A stretch of 64,000 nt of DNA from NCBI GenBank assembly GCA_036338695.1, contig JAYZBQ010000009.1, positions 32,001 through 96,000 on the forward strand, read 5' to 3'. Made by a program: the position numbers and the translations under genes. The notes beneath the pieces were generated by a model, which did not search any database, had not been told where the DNA came from, and saw only the letters and a program-made list of their open reading frames with translations. Shown piece after piece: positions 8,785 through 18,298 of the stretch (position 1 is the stretch's first letter; every line of letters starts with the position of its first letter). This DNA is from Myxococcota bacterium. GTDB lineage: Bacteria > Myxococcota > UBA4151.

Positions 8785-10239
8785 ATGAGCCTTCGCCGCC
8801 AGTTTCTTTACGTCCCGTTATTGAGCCTCGCCGTCGGCTGCGCAAGCACGCCAACAGAACCGGTTCAAGCACAACAGCCTTCCGAAAATACGCCGACGGC
8901 TGCAGACGACGCTGCGATTCTCGACGCTTGGATGGCCGCGAGCCGCGGGCGCGCAGCGCAGAAACGAGCGGCCGAGGCCGAGCCCTTCCGACCGAAGGCG
9001 GGCGAAAAAAATCCCGTCAAACTGGTCCAGTGGGCGGTCGCACAACCCGACCGACAAGCCGGCTGGCGCGCCTGTTTGGAGCTCAAATCACAACAGGACC
9101 GCGGCACGCTCAACGCCTTCTCACCCTGGCCGTTTATCTGCCGCGCCATGCTGCTCGCGGAGCAGCGCATGTTCAGTCAGAGCGACCGCATGCTCGCGGC
9201 GAGCAACATCACGCTCGCCTCGATCGAGATGTCGTACATCATGGGACACCTCTCGAAGCGACGCTTCGACAAGGTCCGCGGCCACCTCGAGAAGGCCCGC
9301 TCGGCGGTCCCCGAGCACCCGCTGCTCGATTACGTGTCGAGCCTGGTTGCGACGGACAAGGCAGAAGAGTTTGCGTATCTTGAAAAGGTCTACGCCAAAG
9401 ACCAGCGCCATTTTGACGTCCTGACCCGTCTGGCGAAGCACTACGACGCCAAAGGCGACTCCAAGGCCACAGAGCTGCTGCTGGCTGCTGCCAACGTCAG
9501 CCCCCAAAACACCGACATGCGCGTGGCGCTCGCCGCACGCTTCCAAAAGGAGGGGAAGGCCGACCAAGCGCGCGAGCAATACCTCAAGCTGATCGAGGCG
9601 GTCCCCTTCCACGAGGGCGCGCTCACCTTCTTGGCTGATGACGCTCAAAAGAAGGGCGATAAGGCGACCGAGCTCAAGTACATCCAGGCGATGATCAAAG
9701 AGCTCAAAGACACCAAAGAGCGGCGCACGCGTGAGGCCAAGCTGCTCGCTGAGACCAACCAAGTTGACGCCGCAGAAAAGGCGTACAAACGCCTTCTTGA
9801 GGCGGACCCCAAAATGGTCGCAGGGAACCTCTACTTAGCACAACGGCTGCTCGCTAAGGGTAAGCCGTTCAAAGCCATCAATCGCTACGTCAAGGCGGGC
9901 GAAGAGGGCCGCAAGATCCTGGTCGAGCTCGCTGACCGTTACGAGGTCGGCAAGCCGCTGTCCGCCACGGGCAAGTCGCTGAACCCAACGATCTGGGCTG
10001 CCGAAGCTCGGCTCAAGAAACGCTTCAAGGATGCGCGCAAGCGCGCGCCCCTCGCCAAGGGCGGGCGCATCAGCTGGACCTTGATCTTCGACGACCAAGG
10101 CCAGTGCACCGAGGTGCTCGCCGAGAGCAAACGTGTCGACGATCAATGGTTCGTCGTTGGCGGCGTGCTGATGCAGCTTGCGATCCAACATAAATCGGTA
10201 GCGGGCGGTGAGATTTCATGGGACCTGAACGTGCCATAA
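8785..10239 (+). CDS. TPR-repeat lipoprotein, possibly with a degenerate TonB-C/AgmX-like C-terminal domain
   Basis: AGGAG SD at 8775-8779, ATG 8785, lipobox LAVGC; TPR-like helical repeats (A..AY..LL..DP, EQYLKLIEAVP). Confidence 0.75.
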   Translation: MSLRRQFLYVPLLSLAVGCASTPTEPVQAQQPSENTPTAADDAAILDAWMAASRGRAAQKRAAEAEPFRPKAGEKNPVKLVQWAVAQPDRQAGWRACLELKSQQDRGTLNAFSPWPFICRAMLLAEQRMFSQSDRMLAASNITLASIEMSYIMGHLSKRRFDKVRGHLEKARSAVPEHPLLDYVSSLVATDKAEEFAYLEKVYAKDQRHFDVLTRLAKHYDAKGDSKATELLLAAANVSPQNTDMRVALAARFQKEGKADQAREQYLKLIEAVPFHEGALTFLADDAQKKGDKATELKYIQAMIKELKDTKERRTREAKLLAETNQVDAAEKAYKRLLEADPKMVAGNLYLAQRLLAKGKPFKAINRYVKAGEEGRKILVELADRYEVGKPLSATGKSLNPTIWAAEARLKKRFKDARKRAPLAKGGRISWTLIFDDQGQCTEVLAESKRVDDQWFVVGGVLMQLAIQHKSVAGGEISWDLNVP

Positions 10240-10260
10240 CAGGCACGCGCCGGGGGCAAC

Positions 10261-10818
10261 ATGAAACCCTTTAGACGAGCTCTTTATGGCGGCTCGTTCG
10301 ACCCGCCACATTTCGGTCATCAGTTTCTTATCCACTACCTCCTCGAGTCTGGGCTCGCCGACGAGGTCCGGATCATCCCGTGCAACGACCACCCACTCGG
10401 TAAAAGACTGAGCCCTTTTGCCCAACGCGCAGAGTGGTGCGAAGCCCTCGTTAAGCCGTTTCACGGCAGAGCGGTGGTCGATACGATCGAGGCAGAGCTG
10501 CCCATTCCGAGTTACAGCTACCAGACCGCAGAGGCGCTCGCCGCAGCGTTTCCGGACGACGAGTTGCGGTGGGTGATCGGCGCGGACGCCGCCGAGCAGC
10601 TCGACCAATGGATGGAGAGCAAACGACTCACCGCCGTGGCGCCGCTCTTGGTCGTGGGGCGCCAAGGTGAGGCGATCCACCCCGATCAGCTCCCCCTCAA
10701 TATGCCAGACGTCTCAAGCAGCGAGATCCGCCAGCGAGCCCGTCAGGGCGAGTCGCTCAACGGCTTTGTGCCGCACGCGATCGCAGCGCTGCTCGCCGAG
10801 GGGCGCTCCTTCAATTGA
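10261..10818 (+). CDS. nadD: Nicotinate-nucleotide adenylyltransferase
   Basis: YGGSFDPPHFGH (HxGH motif), PSYSYQT, VIGAD, DVSSSEIR. Confidence 0.92.
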   Translation: MKPFRRALYGGSFDPPHFGHQFLIHYLLESGLADEVRIIPCNDHPLGKRLSPFAQRAEWCEALVKPFHGRAVVDTIEAELPIPSYSYQTAEALAAAFPDDELRWVIGADAAEQLDQWMESKRLTAVAPLLVVGRQGEAIHPDQLPLNMPDVSSSEIRQRARQGESLNGFVPHAIAALLAEGRSFN

Positions 10819-10867
10819 CCGCGCCAGCGTCTCACGGTATGTAGAGCGCCCACCGATAGGTCGTCAC

Positions 10868-11071
10868 ATGCCCAAAAATTCAGCCCTTAAAGCACGCATT
10901 GGCGTCCTTCGAACCGAGCATCAAGCGCTCAAAGAGCGACTGGTGAGCATGCGCGGACATCGCTTCTTGACGCCTGAGGAAGAGCTCGAAAAGCGCACCC
11001 TCCAAAAGCTCAAGCTGATGAAGAAAGACGCGCTGGCGGCTCTCGTCGCCCAAAATCGAGGCACCGCCTAA
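10868..11071 (+). CDS. Small coiled-coil protein, DUF465/YdcH-like (67 aa)
   Basis: LRTEHQALKERL...LTPEEELEKRTLQKLKLMKKD matches the YdcH pattern; ATG at 10868. Confidence 0.7.
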   Translation: MPKNSALKARIGVLRTEHQALKERLVSMRGHRFLTPEEELEKRTLQKLKLMKKDALAALVAQNRGTA

Positions 11072-11952
11072 GGGTCGAGGTCGCCCTCTTCATCGTCTTC
11101 ATCCGAGCCGAGATCTGAACCGAAGTCGTTCTCGCGCTCGGCGATCTCGTAGGCGTAGATCTGTTCACTGCCGATAATGAACTGGTTCCACAGCGGGCGA
11201 GCTAAAGCCCCGGTGCGACCGCAGCTGAATCGACGATAGTTGTCGCGACGCCCTTTACCAACACAGCCGGAGCGCACCGCACGTACCTGACCTCTCGCTC
11301 GGCTGCCGTCGGCGTAGACCGCACGAGCCGCCGAGATCTTCAAGGTCTCGATCTCCATCGCTAAGCCCACGTGCACCTTCTTCTTGGCGGCGGTGATCGT
11401 CCGCAAGAGCACATAAGCCTTCTTCTGATCGCGCTCAAAGCCGCCGATAACGCTGGTGTCACCCGAGACGTTTACCAAGCCCTTCGAGCCCGGGACGGAC
11501 CACACGACGATGACCTGTCCACGCACCGCATCCTCAGCCGGCTCCTTCTTGAAGACCTTCGCCTCGCGCCACAACCGCTCGCGGCCGTACTCGTTCGGGA
11601 CGACGTCCTCGATCGCGTAATGCGTCGCCTCGGGGACGAGATCAGCGAGCGAGATCGAGTAGCTCCGAAGGTAGCGCACGACGTCCCACGCTTCGAGTTC
11701 GTGCAACCGCTTCCCCGACCACCCCTTGAGCGGGCCGATGCCTTGACCGCGTGCGAGCGCCGCTCGGATCTTATCCTCGCCGACCTGCGCGAGCGCCATC
11801 GGGTCATGCAGCGTGGCGCGGTCACAGCCACCGCAATGCGCTTTGATCAACGCTTGACCGTTGACGAGGTCACCGAGCTCAAAAGCGACTTTTTTTGCGA
11901 GCGCCGGCGACGCGGCCATCACCAGCGAGAGAGCAAACAAACGAATCTTCAT
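11068..11952 (-). CDS. Exported protein with a degenerate class I cytochrome c-like N-terminal domain (CxxCD)
   Basis: Signal peptide MKIRLFALSLVMAASPALA; GDLVNGQALIKAHCGGCD and WDVVRYLRS resemble the N- and C-terminal helices of cytochrome c; acidic C-terminal tail. Confidence 0.7.
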   Translation of the reverse strand: MKIRLFALSLVMAASPALAKKVAFELGDLVNGQALIKAHCGGCDRATLHDPMALAQVGEDKIRAALARGQGIGPLKGWSGKRLHELEAWDVVRYLRSYSISLADLVPEATHYAIEDVVPNEYGRERLWREAKVFKKEPAEDAVRGQVIVVWSVPGSKGLVNVSGDTSVIGGFERDQKKAYVLLRTITAAKKKVHVGLAMEIETLKISAARAVYADGSRARGQVRAVRSGCVGKGRRDNYRRFSCGRTGALARPLWNQFIIGSEQIYAYEIAERENDFGSDLGSDEDDEEGDLDP

Positions 11953-11962
11953 GGGGCGCCTC

Positions 11963-12499
11963 CTAGCGTCGACGCAATGGGCGGCGGCTGCGACCGCTCT
12001 TCATGAGCGCCTCTTCAGCTTGAAGATCAGGCGCCGGCCATAAGTTGGGGTAAAGACCAAACTCAAAGGAGACGGGGCTCCCTTTGTACTCACCTTCGAT
12101 CGCCACCTTGTACGACCCGGCCGTCGGCAGCGTGGCGTGGAAACCATAAGAGCCACGGTCTTTGAGCGCCTGGACCTTCCGACCAAAGGGTTTTACGCGG
12201 CTGAGTTTGCGGCGCAGTTTGCGGTCTTTGGTGCCCTTGGTGTTGGGCGCGATGCGAGCGGTCATGGTGGCGCCGTTGAGCGGCACCGGACCCGCGGGTC
12301 CCTTCTTCGCCACCTCGATAATCACGCGCGCCACCTGACCGGCTTCGGGGACGCCCGGCTGAATCCGTACCGAGGCGCTCAGCCCACCGCCAAGGTCTCG
12401 ATTCAAAAGGCGAACCGGCGGTTTCGCAGGCACTGCGGCGGCTGCGTCGGCTGCGGGCGGCGCCGCAGCGAGCAGGCTGGAGAGGATCCATGCCGTCAT
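11963..12499 (-). CDS. Exported YtkA/FixH-like Ig-fold protein (tentative)
   Basis: Short hydrophobic N-terminus; PVPLNGATMTARI and GSYGFHATLPTAGSYKVAIEG resemble YtkA-like strands; ATGA overlap with the upstream gene. Confidence 0.55.
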   Translation of the reverse strand: MTAWILSSLLAAAPPAADAAAAVPAKPPVRLLNRDLGGGLSASVRIQPGVPEAGQVARVIIEVAKKGPAGPVPLNGATMTARIAPNTKGTKDRKLRRKLSRVKPFGRKVQALKDRGSYGFHATLPTAGSYKVAIEGEYKGSPVSFEFGLYPNLWPAPDLQAEEALMKSGRSRRPLRRR

Positions 12500-13428
12500 T
12501 CTTCACACTCCTTACGGTGGCGCACCATCTCAAGCTGAATGCGCGCCACTAGGTCGGTTGAGGTGACCGTGTTGTTCAGCGGCCGACCATTGATCAAAAC
12601 ATAAGGCGTTCCTTTAAGTCCAGCACGAGAGCCCAAGGACTGACCTTGTTTGAACAGCGCTTTGATCGACGGATCGTTTCGGTCCTTATTCAACCGCTCA
12701 ACGTCCAGGCCCACCTTTTTGGCGAGCGTAACCAACATCTGCTCGTTCAAGCTCGGCTGATTTTCGAACAAAGCGTCGTGATAAGCCCAGAACTTATCTG
12801 CGCCCTGGCGCCAAGCTGCGAGCGCCGCCCGGCCCGCCTTCCCGCTCATCTCATTGCCGCCCATCTGAACCGGAATAAAAACCTTACGAACCGGGAGCTC
12901 GCTCGACATCACGGGCTTGAACTGCGGCACCGCCTGGGCGCAGTGGCCGCACATAAAATCAGCGAACTCCACCAGCTCGACCGCGGGCTGACCTGGCGCA
13001 ACGTTCGCCTTGAACGGGAGCCCCGCAAGGTCGAGCTGCGGGACCGGATCGGCGCACATCCCGTCGGTGATGAGTCGACCGAAAACCAGCTGCGCCTGGG
13101 TCTGACTGACCCCTGCCTCGAGCAGGCCCTTGAGCAAACCAGCATAAATCATCGCCTGCGTGCAGGGCTTCGGTTTCGACAGGCAGCCTGCCAGCGTGCG
13201 CGGGTTGTCGCAGCCGCACAGCTCTTCTTGCGCGATCGCGGCGAAGGGACGGCGCGCCGAGGGCGCCACGTTCTTGAGCGGGAAGCCAGCGAGCTCGGGC
13301 AGCGGCTCCTGCGCTTTCGGCGCCGGCGCCTGACTCGGGACGGCTTGCTTCTGAGGCGCCGAAGCAGGCTCGCTGGTGCTGCAGGCGCAGGTCAGCAGGG
13401 CACCGCAGAAGAGTATTGGTCGCAACAT
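12496..13428 (-). CDS. DsbA/thioredoxin-fold lipoprotein with Cys-rich N-terminal domain
   Basis: Lipobox-like LTCAC; EFADFMCGHC active site; cis-Pro loop GTPYVLING; extra CGC...C...C cluster. Confidence 0.85.
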   Translation of the reverse strand: MLRPILFCGALLTCACSTSEPASAPQKQAVPSQAPAPKAQEPLPELAGFPLKNVAPSARRPFAAIAQEELCGCDNPRTLAGCLSKPKPCTQAMIYAGLLKGLLEAGVSQTQAQLVFGRLITDGMCADPVPQLDLAGLPFKANVAPGQPAVELVEFADFMCGHCAQAVPQFKPVMSSELPVRKVFIPVQMGGNEMSGKAGRAALAAWRQGADKFWAYHDALFENQPSLNEQMLVTLAKKVGLDVERLNKDRNDPSIKALFKQGQSLGSRAGLKGTPYVLINGRPLNNTVTSTDLVARIQLEMVRHRKECEE

Positions 13429-13492
13429 GATGATTCCTTTCGATCGCCACCCGCCGAATGCGGCTAACCGTGCCGCTATGAACCGGTCAAGC

Positions 13493-16261
13493 TCAGTGAT
13501 GTAACTGGCTAACGGGTACTGGCTTCGGTTCTTCCTTTGGTTTGGGTCCGAGCAGCGTGGTGCGAACCTGCCCGCTCGCCAGCAGGCTCCGAGCCAACGC
13601 CTGGACGCCCTCAGGGGTGACGCCGCTTAGGGCTTTATCGAAGGCCTCACTGCGACCGACTCCGAGCCCATAGACGACGTCGAGCGCAAGCTCTTGGCAA
13701 CGGCTCATCGCCGTCTGACCCGTGACTCGGCGCACGCCTCGAAGGTACCTCTGCGCACGCTCGACCTCCTCTTGAGTGGGGCCCTTCTCGACGAAGGCGG
13801 CGAGCGTCTGATCAAGGACCTTCAAGCTCTCCTCGAGGCGCTCAGGCGCCGTCGAGTAGTGGACGGTCAACGCGCCGCCCTTGAGACCGATCACCGCATC
13901 CGCGCTGACCCCGTAGGTCAGCCCGCGATCTTCTCTCAAGGCGCGAAAAAGGCGCCCTGAGCTACCGCCAAGCACCTCGAGCAGGACCATGAGTTCGGGC
14001 TCGCGCTCATCGCCGATCGCAATGCCCGGCGCAGTCCGCACGACCTGCACCTGGCTGCGGTCGAGCTCAAGGAAACGCGGCGTCGAGTCGAGCGGCTGCT
14101 CATGCACGACGTCGCCAGCCAAGGGCACCGGCGTCCGAGGCTCGGGGTCGACAGGAAACGCAGCGATCAGGCGGTGAAGGACGCGCTGAACATCGAACTG
14201 ACCGACCACCGCAATCACCGGCGGGCGGCTCGAGTAATGCTCGTGATAGTGGGCGGCTAGCTGCGAAGCCGTCAGGTGGCGCACGGGCTCCTCCTCGCCC
14301 TCGAGGGGTAGACCATAGGGGTGCGCGCCAAAGACTGCGGTCAGCCCCTCCTGGTACGCCCTGTGCGCTGGGCGGTCGTCGCGACTACGGATCATCTCGA
14401 GGACACGCTGACGCTCACGATCGACCGCCTCCGTAGTCAACCGTGGGCGCTTGAGGACATCGATAAACAGGTCGAAGAACTCATCGAAGCGCTCTCGGAT
14501 CACCTCGCCGCGCAGCCCGAAACTCGATCGCCCTGGCAGCGCCGATAAGCTGGCGCCCATGTGGTCGATCTTCTTGGCCAGCTCGACCTCAGTGAAACGC
14601 TCAGAAGCTTGTGGGAGCACCTCGGCGAGCAAGCCGTGCAAGCCGGAGGTCCCAGCGGACTCAAGCAATTGGCCGCCGACCCAGGTGGCGCTGACCGCCG
14701 TGACCTCAGCGTCGTTGCTCGGCGAGAGCACCACCTGCACGCCCGAGGGGAGCCTCAGCGTGTAGCGCCCGCGCGCATCGGCTGCAGGCAGGGTCTGCGC
14801 CACCGCGGTCTCGCTTTGAGCCGCCGCCCATGCCCCTCGACTCACCGCCTCCAGCGTCGCCTGGGTAAAATCGCTCAAGCTGCCTTCGGGCAGCAGCACG
14901 TTGAGGTGCTGACGTCGCTCCGAGAAGAGGCGGCTCGCAAGCGCCTGAAGGTCGTGAGGCGTCGTGTGCCTGATCGCGTCGCGCTCGGTCCGCTCACGCT
15001 GCCAGCCACCTAAAAGCAACTCAAAATGTGCGAGACGGCTCGCCTCATCCTGAACCGTCTCGTTCTGAAAGGTCACCTGCGCCAAGAGCTGCGCCCGCGC
15101 ACGCCCGAGCGCATCGTCGCTCACCCCGAAGGCTGCGACCCGCGCCAGGCTGCGAATCACGCCGTCGACAGCAGCCCGCAAGCGAGCACCGTCTGTGGTG
15201 CCGCCGATGACCATGAGGCCGGGTCCGGCGGGATCGAAACCGTACGCAAAGACACCATTAACCACCTGACGCTCGTACTGAAGCGTGCGCACCAAGCGGC
15301 TGGACTCACCCTGACCGAGCACCGCCGCAAGCAGCGCCAGACTCGCCCGCTCCTCAAGGCTCATCGTGTCGAGAGAAAAACCAAACCCGAAGTGCGCCTG
15401 CGCCACTTGAGCGCGCTGGAGCTCGGTGGTTGACCCTTGTGCAGCCGCCGCTCTTTGCGCCACCTGAGCCGCCTGGTTGCTGCGCGTCCAAGACGCCCAG
15501 TCGCGATCGATCAGTCGCTGAACCTCGCCGGGCTCGACGTCCCCGTCGATGACCAAAAGGATCCGCTCAGGGTGATAATACAGGCGGTTGAACTCCAGCA
15601 GCTGCTCGTGACCAATCCGAGCCACCGCATCGATGCTGCCGGCGACGTCGCGCCCGTAAGGGTGCTTTGCGCCATAAGCTTGGCTAAACAGCGCCTGGCT
15701 CAGCTTTCGGCTCGGGCTGTCTTGATCTTCGCGGATCTCCTCGGCGACCACCTCGAGCTCTGAGCGTAAGTCCGCAGCCTCAAGGCGAGGGCGCTGAATC
15801 AGCTCGGCGAGGATCTGCATGCCGGTCTCGGTCGCCTCGTTGGGCAGCACGAGGTGGTAGACGGTCTCGTCAAAACTCGTCCAAGCGTTGATCTCGCCCC
15901 CCAAAGAGGCGACCGCGTTGTCGATTGCGCCTTGCTCGAAGCGCTTGGTCCCCTTGAACACCATGTGCTCGTGAACATGCGCAAGCCCTTCATGAGTGGG
16001 CACCTCGTCGGCGCTCCCCACCTGAACCCACGCTTGCAACGCCACGACACCGACGCCCTTGCGCTGCCTCACAAGGACCCTAAGCCCGTTGGCGAGTTTC
16101 TGAACCTTCGTCGCTTCCTCCGGCTCTTGTTTGATGGCGTCTGTACTCACTACCCCTACCTCATGTGAAACGGGCGTGATGGGCGCATGTTGGCAAGCGC
16201 TCCATCCCAACCCAACGAACCCGATCAGCCATCGAGTCCCCGTGCTCAAGCCACTCTTCAC
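13493..16261 (-). CDS. M16 (pitrilysin/insulinase-family) zinc peptidase, probable lipoprotein, four-domain fused form
   Basis: GLAHVHEHMVFKGT (HxxEH), INAWTSFDETVY, SRLFRALREDRGLTYGV; lipobox-like WSAC; GTGA overlap with the upstream stop. Confidence 0.9.
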   Translation of the reverse strand: MKSGLSTGTRWLIGFVGLGWSACQHAPITPVSHEVGVVSTDAIKQEPEEATKVQKLANGLRVLVRQRKGVGVVALQAWVQVGSADEVPTHEGLAHVHEHMVFKGTKRFEQGAIDNAVASLGGEINAWTSFDETVYHLVLPNEATETGMQILAELIQRPRLEAADLRSELEVVAEEIREDQDSPSRKLSQALFSQAYGAKHPYGRDVAGSIDAVARIGHEQLLEFNRLYYHPERILLVIDGDVEPGEVQRLIDRDWASWTRSNQAAQVAQRAAAAQGSTTELQRAQVAQAHFGFGFSLDTMSLEERASLALLAAVLGQGESSRLVRTLQYERQVVNGVFAYGFDPAGPGLMVIGGTTDGARLRAAVDGVIRSLARVAAFGVSDDALGRARAQLLAQVTFQNETVQDEASRLAHFELLLGGWQRERTERDAIRHTTPHDLQALASRLFSERRQHLNVLLPEGSLSDFTQATLEAVSRGAWAAAQSETAVAQTLPAADARGRYTLRLPSGVQVVLSPSNDAEVTAVSATWVGGQLLESAGTSGLHGLLAEVLPQASERFTEVELAKKIDHMGASLSALPGRSSFGLRGEVIRERFDEFFDLFIDVLKRPRLTTEAVDRERQRVLEMIRSRDDRPAHRAYQEGLTAVFGAHPYGLPLEGEEEPVRHLTASQLAAHYHEHYSSRPPVIAVVGQFDVQRVLHRLIAAFPVDPEPRTPVPLAGDVVHEQPLDSTPRFLELDRSQVQVVRTAPGIAIGDEREPELMVLLEVLGGSSGRLFRALREDRGLTYGVSADAVIGLKGGALTVHYSTAPERLEESLKVLDQTLAAFVEKGPTQEEVERAQRYLRGVRRVTGQTAMSRCQELALDVVYGLGVGRSEAFDKALSGVTPEGVQALARSLLASGQVRTTLLGPKPKEEPKPVPVSQLHH

Positions 16262-18180
16262 GGCAACCGACGAGGGTCGAGCAATCGCCCTTCAACGGCG
16301 CTTGCCGCAGCGACGGCGGGGCTCACCAACCACACCGGTCCCGGCGAGCCCATACGACGATCAAAGTTACGGTTGGTCGTCGAGGCGGTCACCTCGCCCG
16401 GTAAAGGGACCCCCGGTCCGTTCCCGATGCACGAGCCACAACCCGGCGGAGAGATCACCGCGCCAACCGCACGAAACACATGCAGCAGCCCATCTCGCTC
16501 CGCCCGCTCAGCGACCGCTTCCGACGAAGGCGTCACGGTCATCCGGACGCCGTCCGCGAGCGCTCGGCCGGACAAGACCTCGGCAGCAGCCTTGAGGTCG
16601 GCGTAACTGCCGCCGGTGCATGAAGCGATCACCACGTTGTGAATCGGCACCTCGGTGCATTCATCAAGCGGCTTTCGGTAGCGAGAGTCACCCGGCGAGG
16701 CGACCGTAAGAGGCACCTCTTCGAGCTGAAGGACCATGGTGCGAACGTACTGTGCGTCGGCGTCGGGATACACCAGCATCGGCTCGACATCGAGCGACTC
16801 GTCACGCTCGGCGAGGAAGCGCCTGATCGGATCACAAGGCTCGACCAAACCGGTCATCAAGCCACCCTCGACCGTCATGTTCGTGAGCACCGACAGCTCA
16901 TCGACGGTCCATTGATCCAGCCCCGTGCCACCGAATTGGACCACGCAGGTGTCCGTGGGACCTTCGCGCCAGTGCTCCTCCTTGAAGTAAGGGTCGCCGA
17001 TCAAGTGCAAGATCACGTCCTTGGGGCTTACCAGACCGCCGGCGTCGCCTTCGATGAGGACGCGCACGACCTTCGGCACCGTCACCGGGATCAAGCCCGT
17101 GCGCAGAGCGAAAGCCATCGCGGTCGAGCCGACGCCGAACGCAAAGGCGTTCAGAACGCCAGCGGTCGGGCTGTGTGAATCGGTAAGACAGAGCACCGTA
17201 CCTGGGAGCGCATAGTCCTCGAGCACCAGACGGTGACACACTCCCGCCGGTGCGTCGCGCCCAGGACCGTGCAAGGTCACGCCGTACTCCTGGCACGCCT
17301 CGACCATCTCTTGTGCCAGGCGCTGAGCGGGGAGGAGGCGCTTGGACTTGACCGACTCGGGAACGGTCGGCTCGTTGATCAGGACAAAGTGATCCTCGAA
17401 GCAGGCCACCAGCTCCGGGTTCTCGATCGGCGCGTCGCCATAAGCCTCTTTGTACAGGTTGATGACCATCCCCGCCGTGTACTCGTGCATGCCGCGAAAC
17501 CCAGCCCGGCAAAGGACCTGATCGCCGGGCTCGACGTTCGCCACGCCGTCGGGCTGTTGCTGCCCGCAATACACCTGCTGAGCGATGACCTTCTCCACTG
17601 CGTTTAGCGGGCGAGCGGGCTTGTCGAGCGCGTAAGTGGGCGCAAACGAGCCGTTCATCAGGTCGGTGCCAAACGGCAGCAATCCGCCCTTTGCGGCGAC
17701 CGAGCGAAAGAAATCAGGGAGCTCTTCCGCCAACGCGGCGAGGTCGACGTCCTCCCCAGACAGCAGCCGTTCAAGCACGGCGTAGTCGGTCGTAAACGGC
17801 AACCCCGAGTACACCATGTTCTCTTGGAAAATTCGCTGAAAACTGTCGGCGATGACCAGCTCGATGCCGGCGCCTTGATGCGCCACGACGGCGACCTCTC
17901 GGCTGGACCCGGAGCCGTAAGCGTCGCCGCCGACGATCACCTGAAACCCGCCCTGACGCACCTCATCTTCACCCACCGTCTCTTTGAAGTTCTTGAGGAA
18001 GTGGGGACCCAGGATCTCGGGCGTATAGCCCAGCGTGCACGCCTGACCCGAGATCATGGCGTCCGTGTTCACGGCGAAGTGTTTGGGGTCCTGACGTGCG
18101 TCGATCGTTTGACCATCGAGCTGCTGACGCAGGGCCTCTGCGTTGTCAGTCAAGTAGAGAACACGTCCAGTAAGCTTCAT
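16258..18180 (-). CDS. Aconitase-family hydro-lyase: LeuD-like swivel domain fused N-terminally to a LeuC-like large domain
   Basis: N-terminal VNTDAMI, YGSGSSREVA, ADSFQRIFQEN (LeuD-like). C-terminal HEYT, EDH, DSHS, NMTVEGG, IASCTGG, PGCGSCIG (three 4Fe-4S Cys ligands) and STTNRNF. Confidence 0.9.
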   Translation of the reverse strand: MKLTGRVLYLTDNAEALRQQLDGQTIDARQDPKHFAVNTDAMISGQACTLGYTPEILGPHFLKNFKETVGEDEVRQGGFQVIVGGDAYGSGSSREVAVVAHQGAGIELVIADSFQRIFQENMVYSGLPFTTDYAVLERLLSGEDVDLAALAEELPDFFRSVAAKGGLLPFGTDLMNGSFAPTYALDKPARPLNAVEKVIAQQVYCGQQQPDGVANVEPGDQVLCRAGFRGMHEYTAGMVINLYKEAYGDAPIENPELVACFEDHFVLINEPTVPESVKSKRLLPAQRLAQEMVEACQEYGVTLHGPGRDAPAGVCHRLVLEDYALPGTVLCLTDSHSPTAGVLNAFAFGVGSTAMAFALRTGLIPVTVPKVVRVLIEGDAGGLVSPKDVILHLIGDPYFKEEHWREGPTDTCVVQFGGTGLDQWTVDELSVLTNMTVEGGLMTGLVEPCDPIRRFLAERDESLDVEPMLVYPDADAQYVRTMVLQLEEVPLTVASPGDSRYRKPLDECTEVPIHNVVIASCTGGSYADLKAAAEVLSGRALADGVRMTVTPSSEAVAERAERDGLLHVFRAVGAVISPPGCGSCIGNGPGVPLPGEVTASTTNRNFDRRMGSPGPVWLVSPAVAAASAVEGRLLDPRRLP

Positions 18181-18298
18181 GGCGTCTTTCGATGCGTTGG
18201 ATAGGGCTGCGCCCTAACGAAAACCGGCGCAGCGCGCTAGCCATCTTGTCGCTCCACGCATTGCGCAACCGAGCGAGACGCTCCATGGTGCGCCGGTC

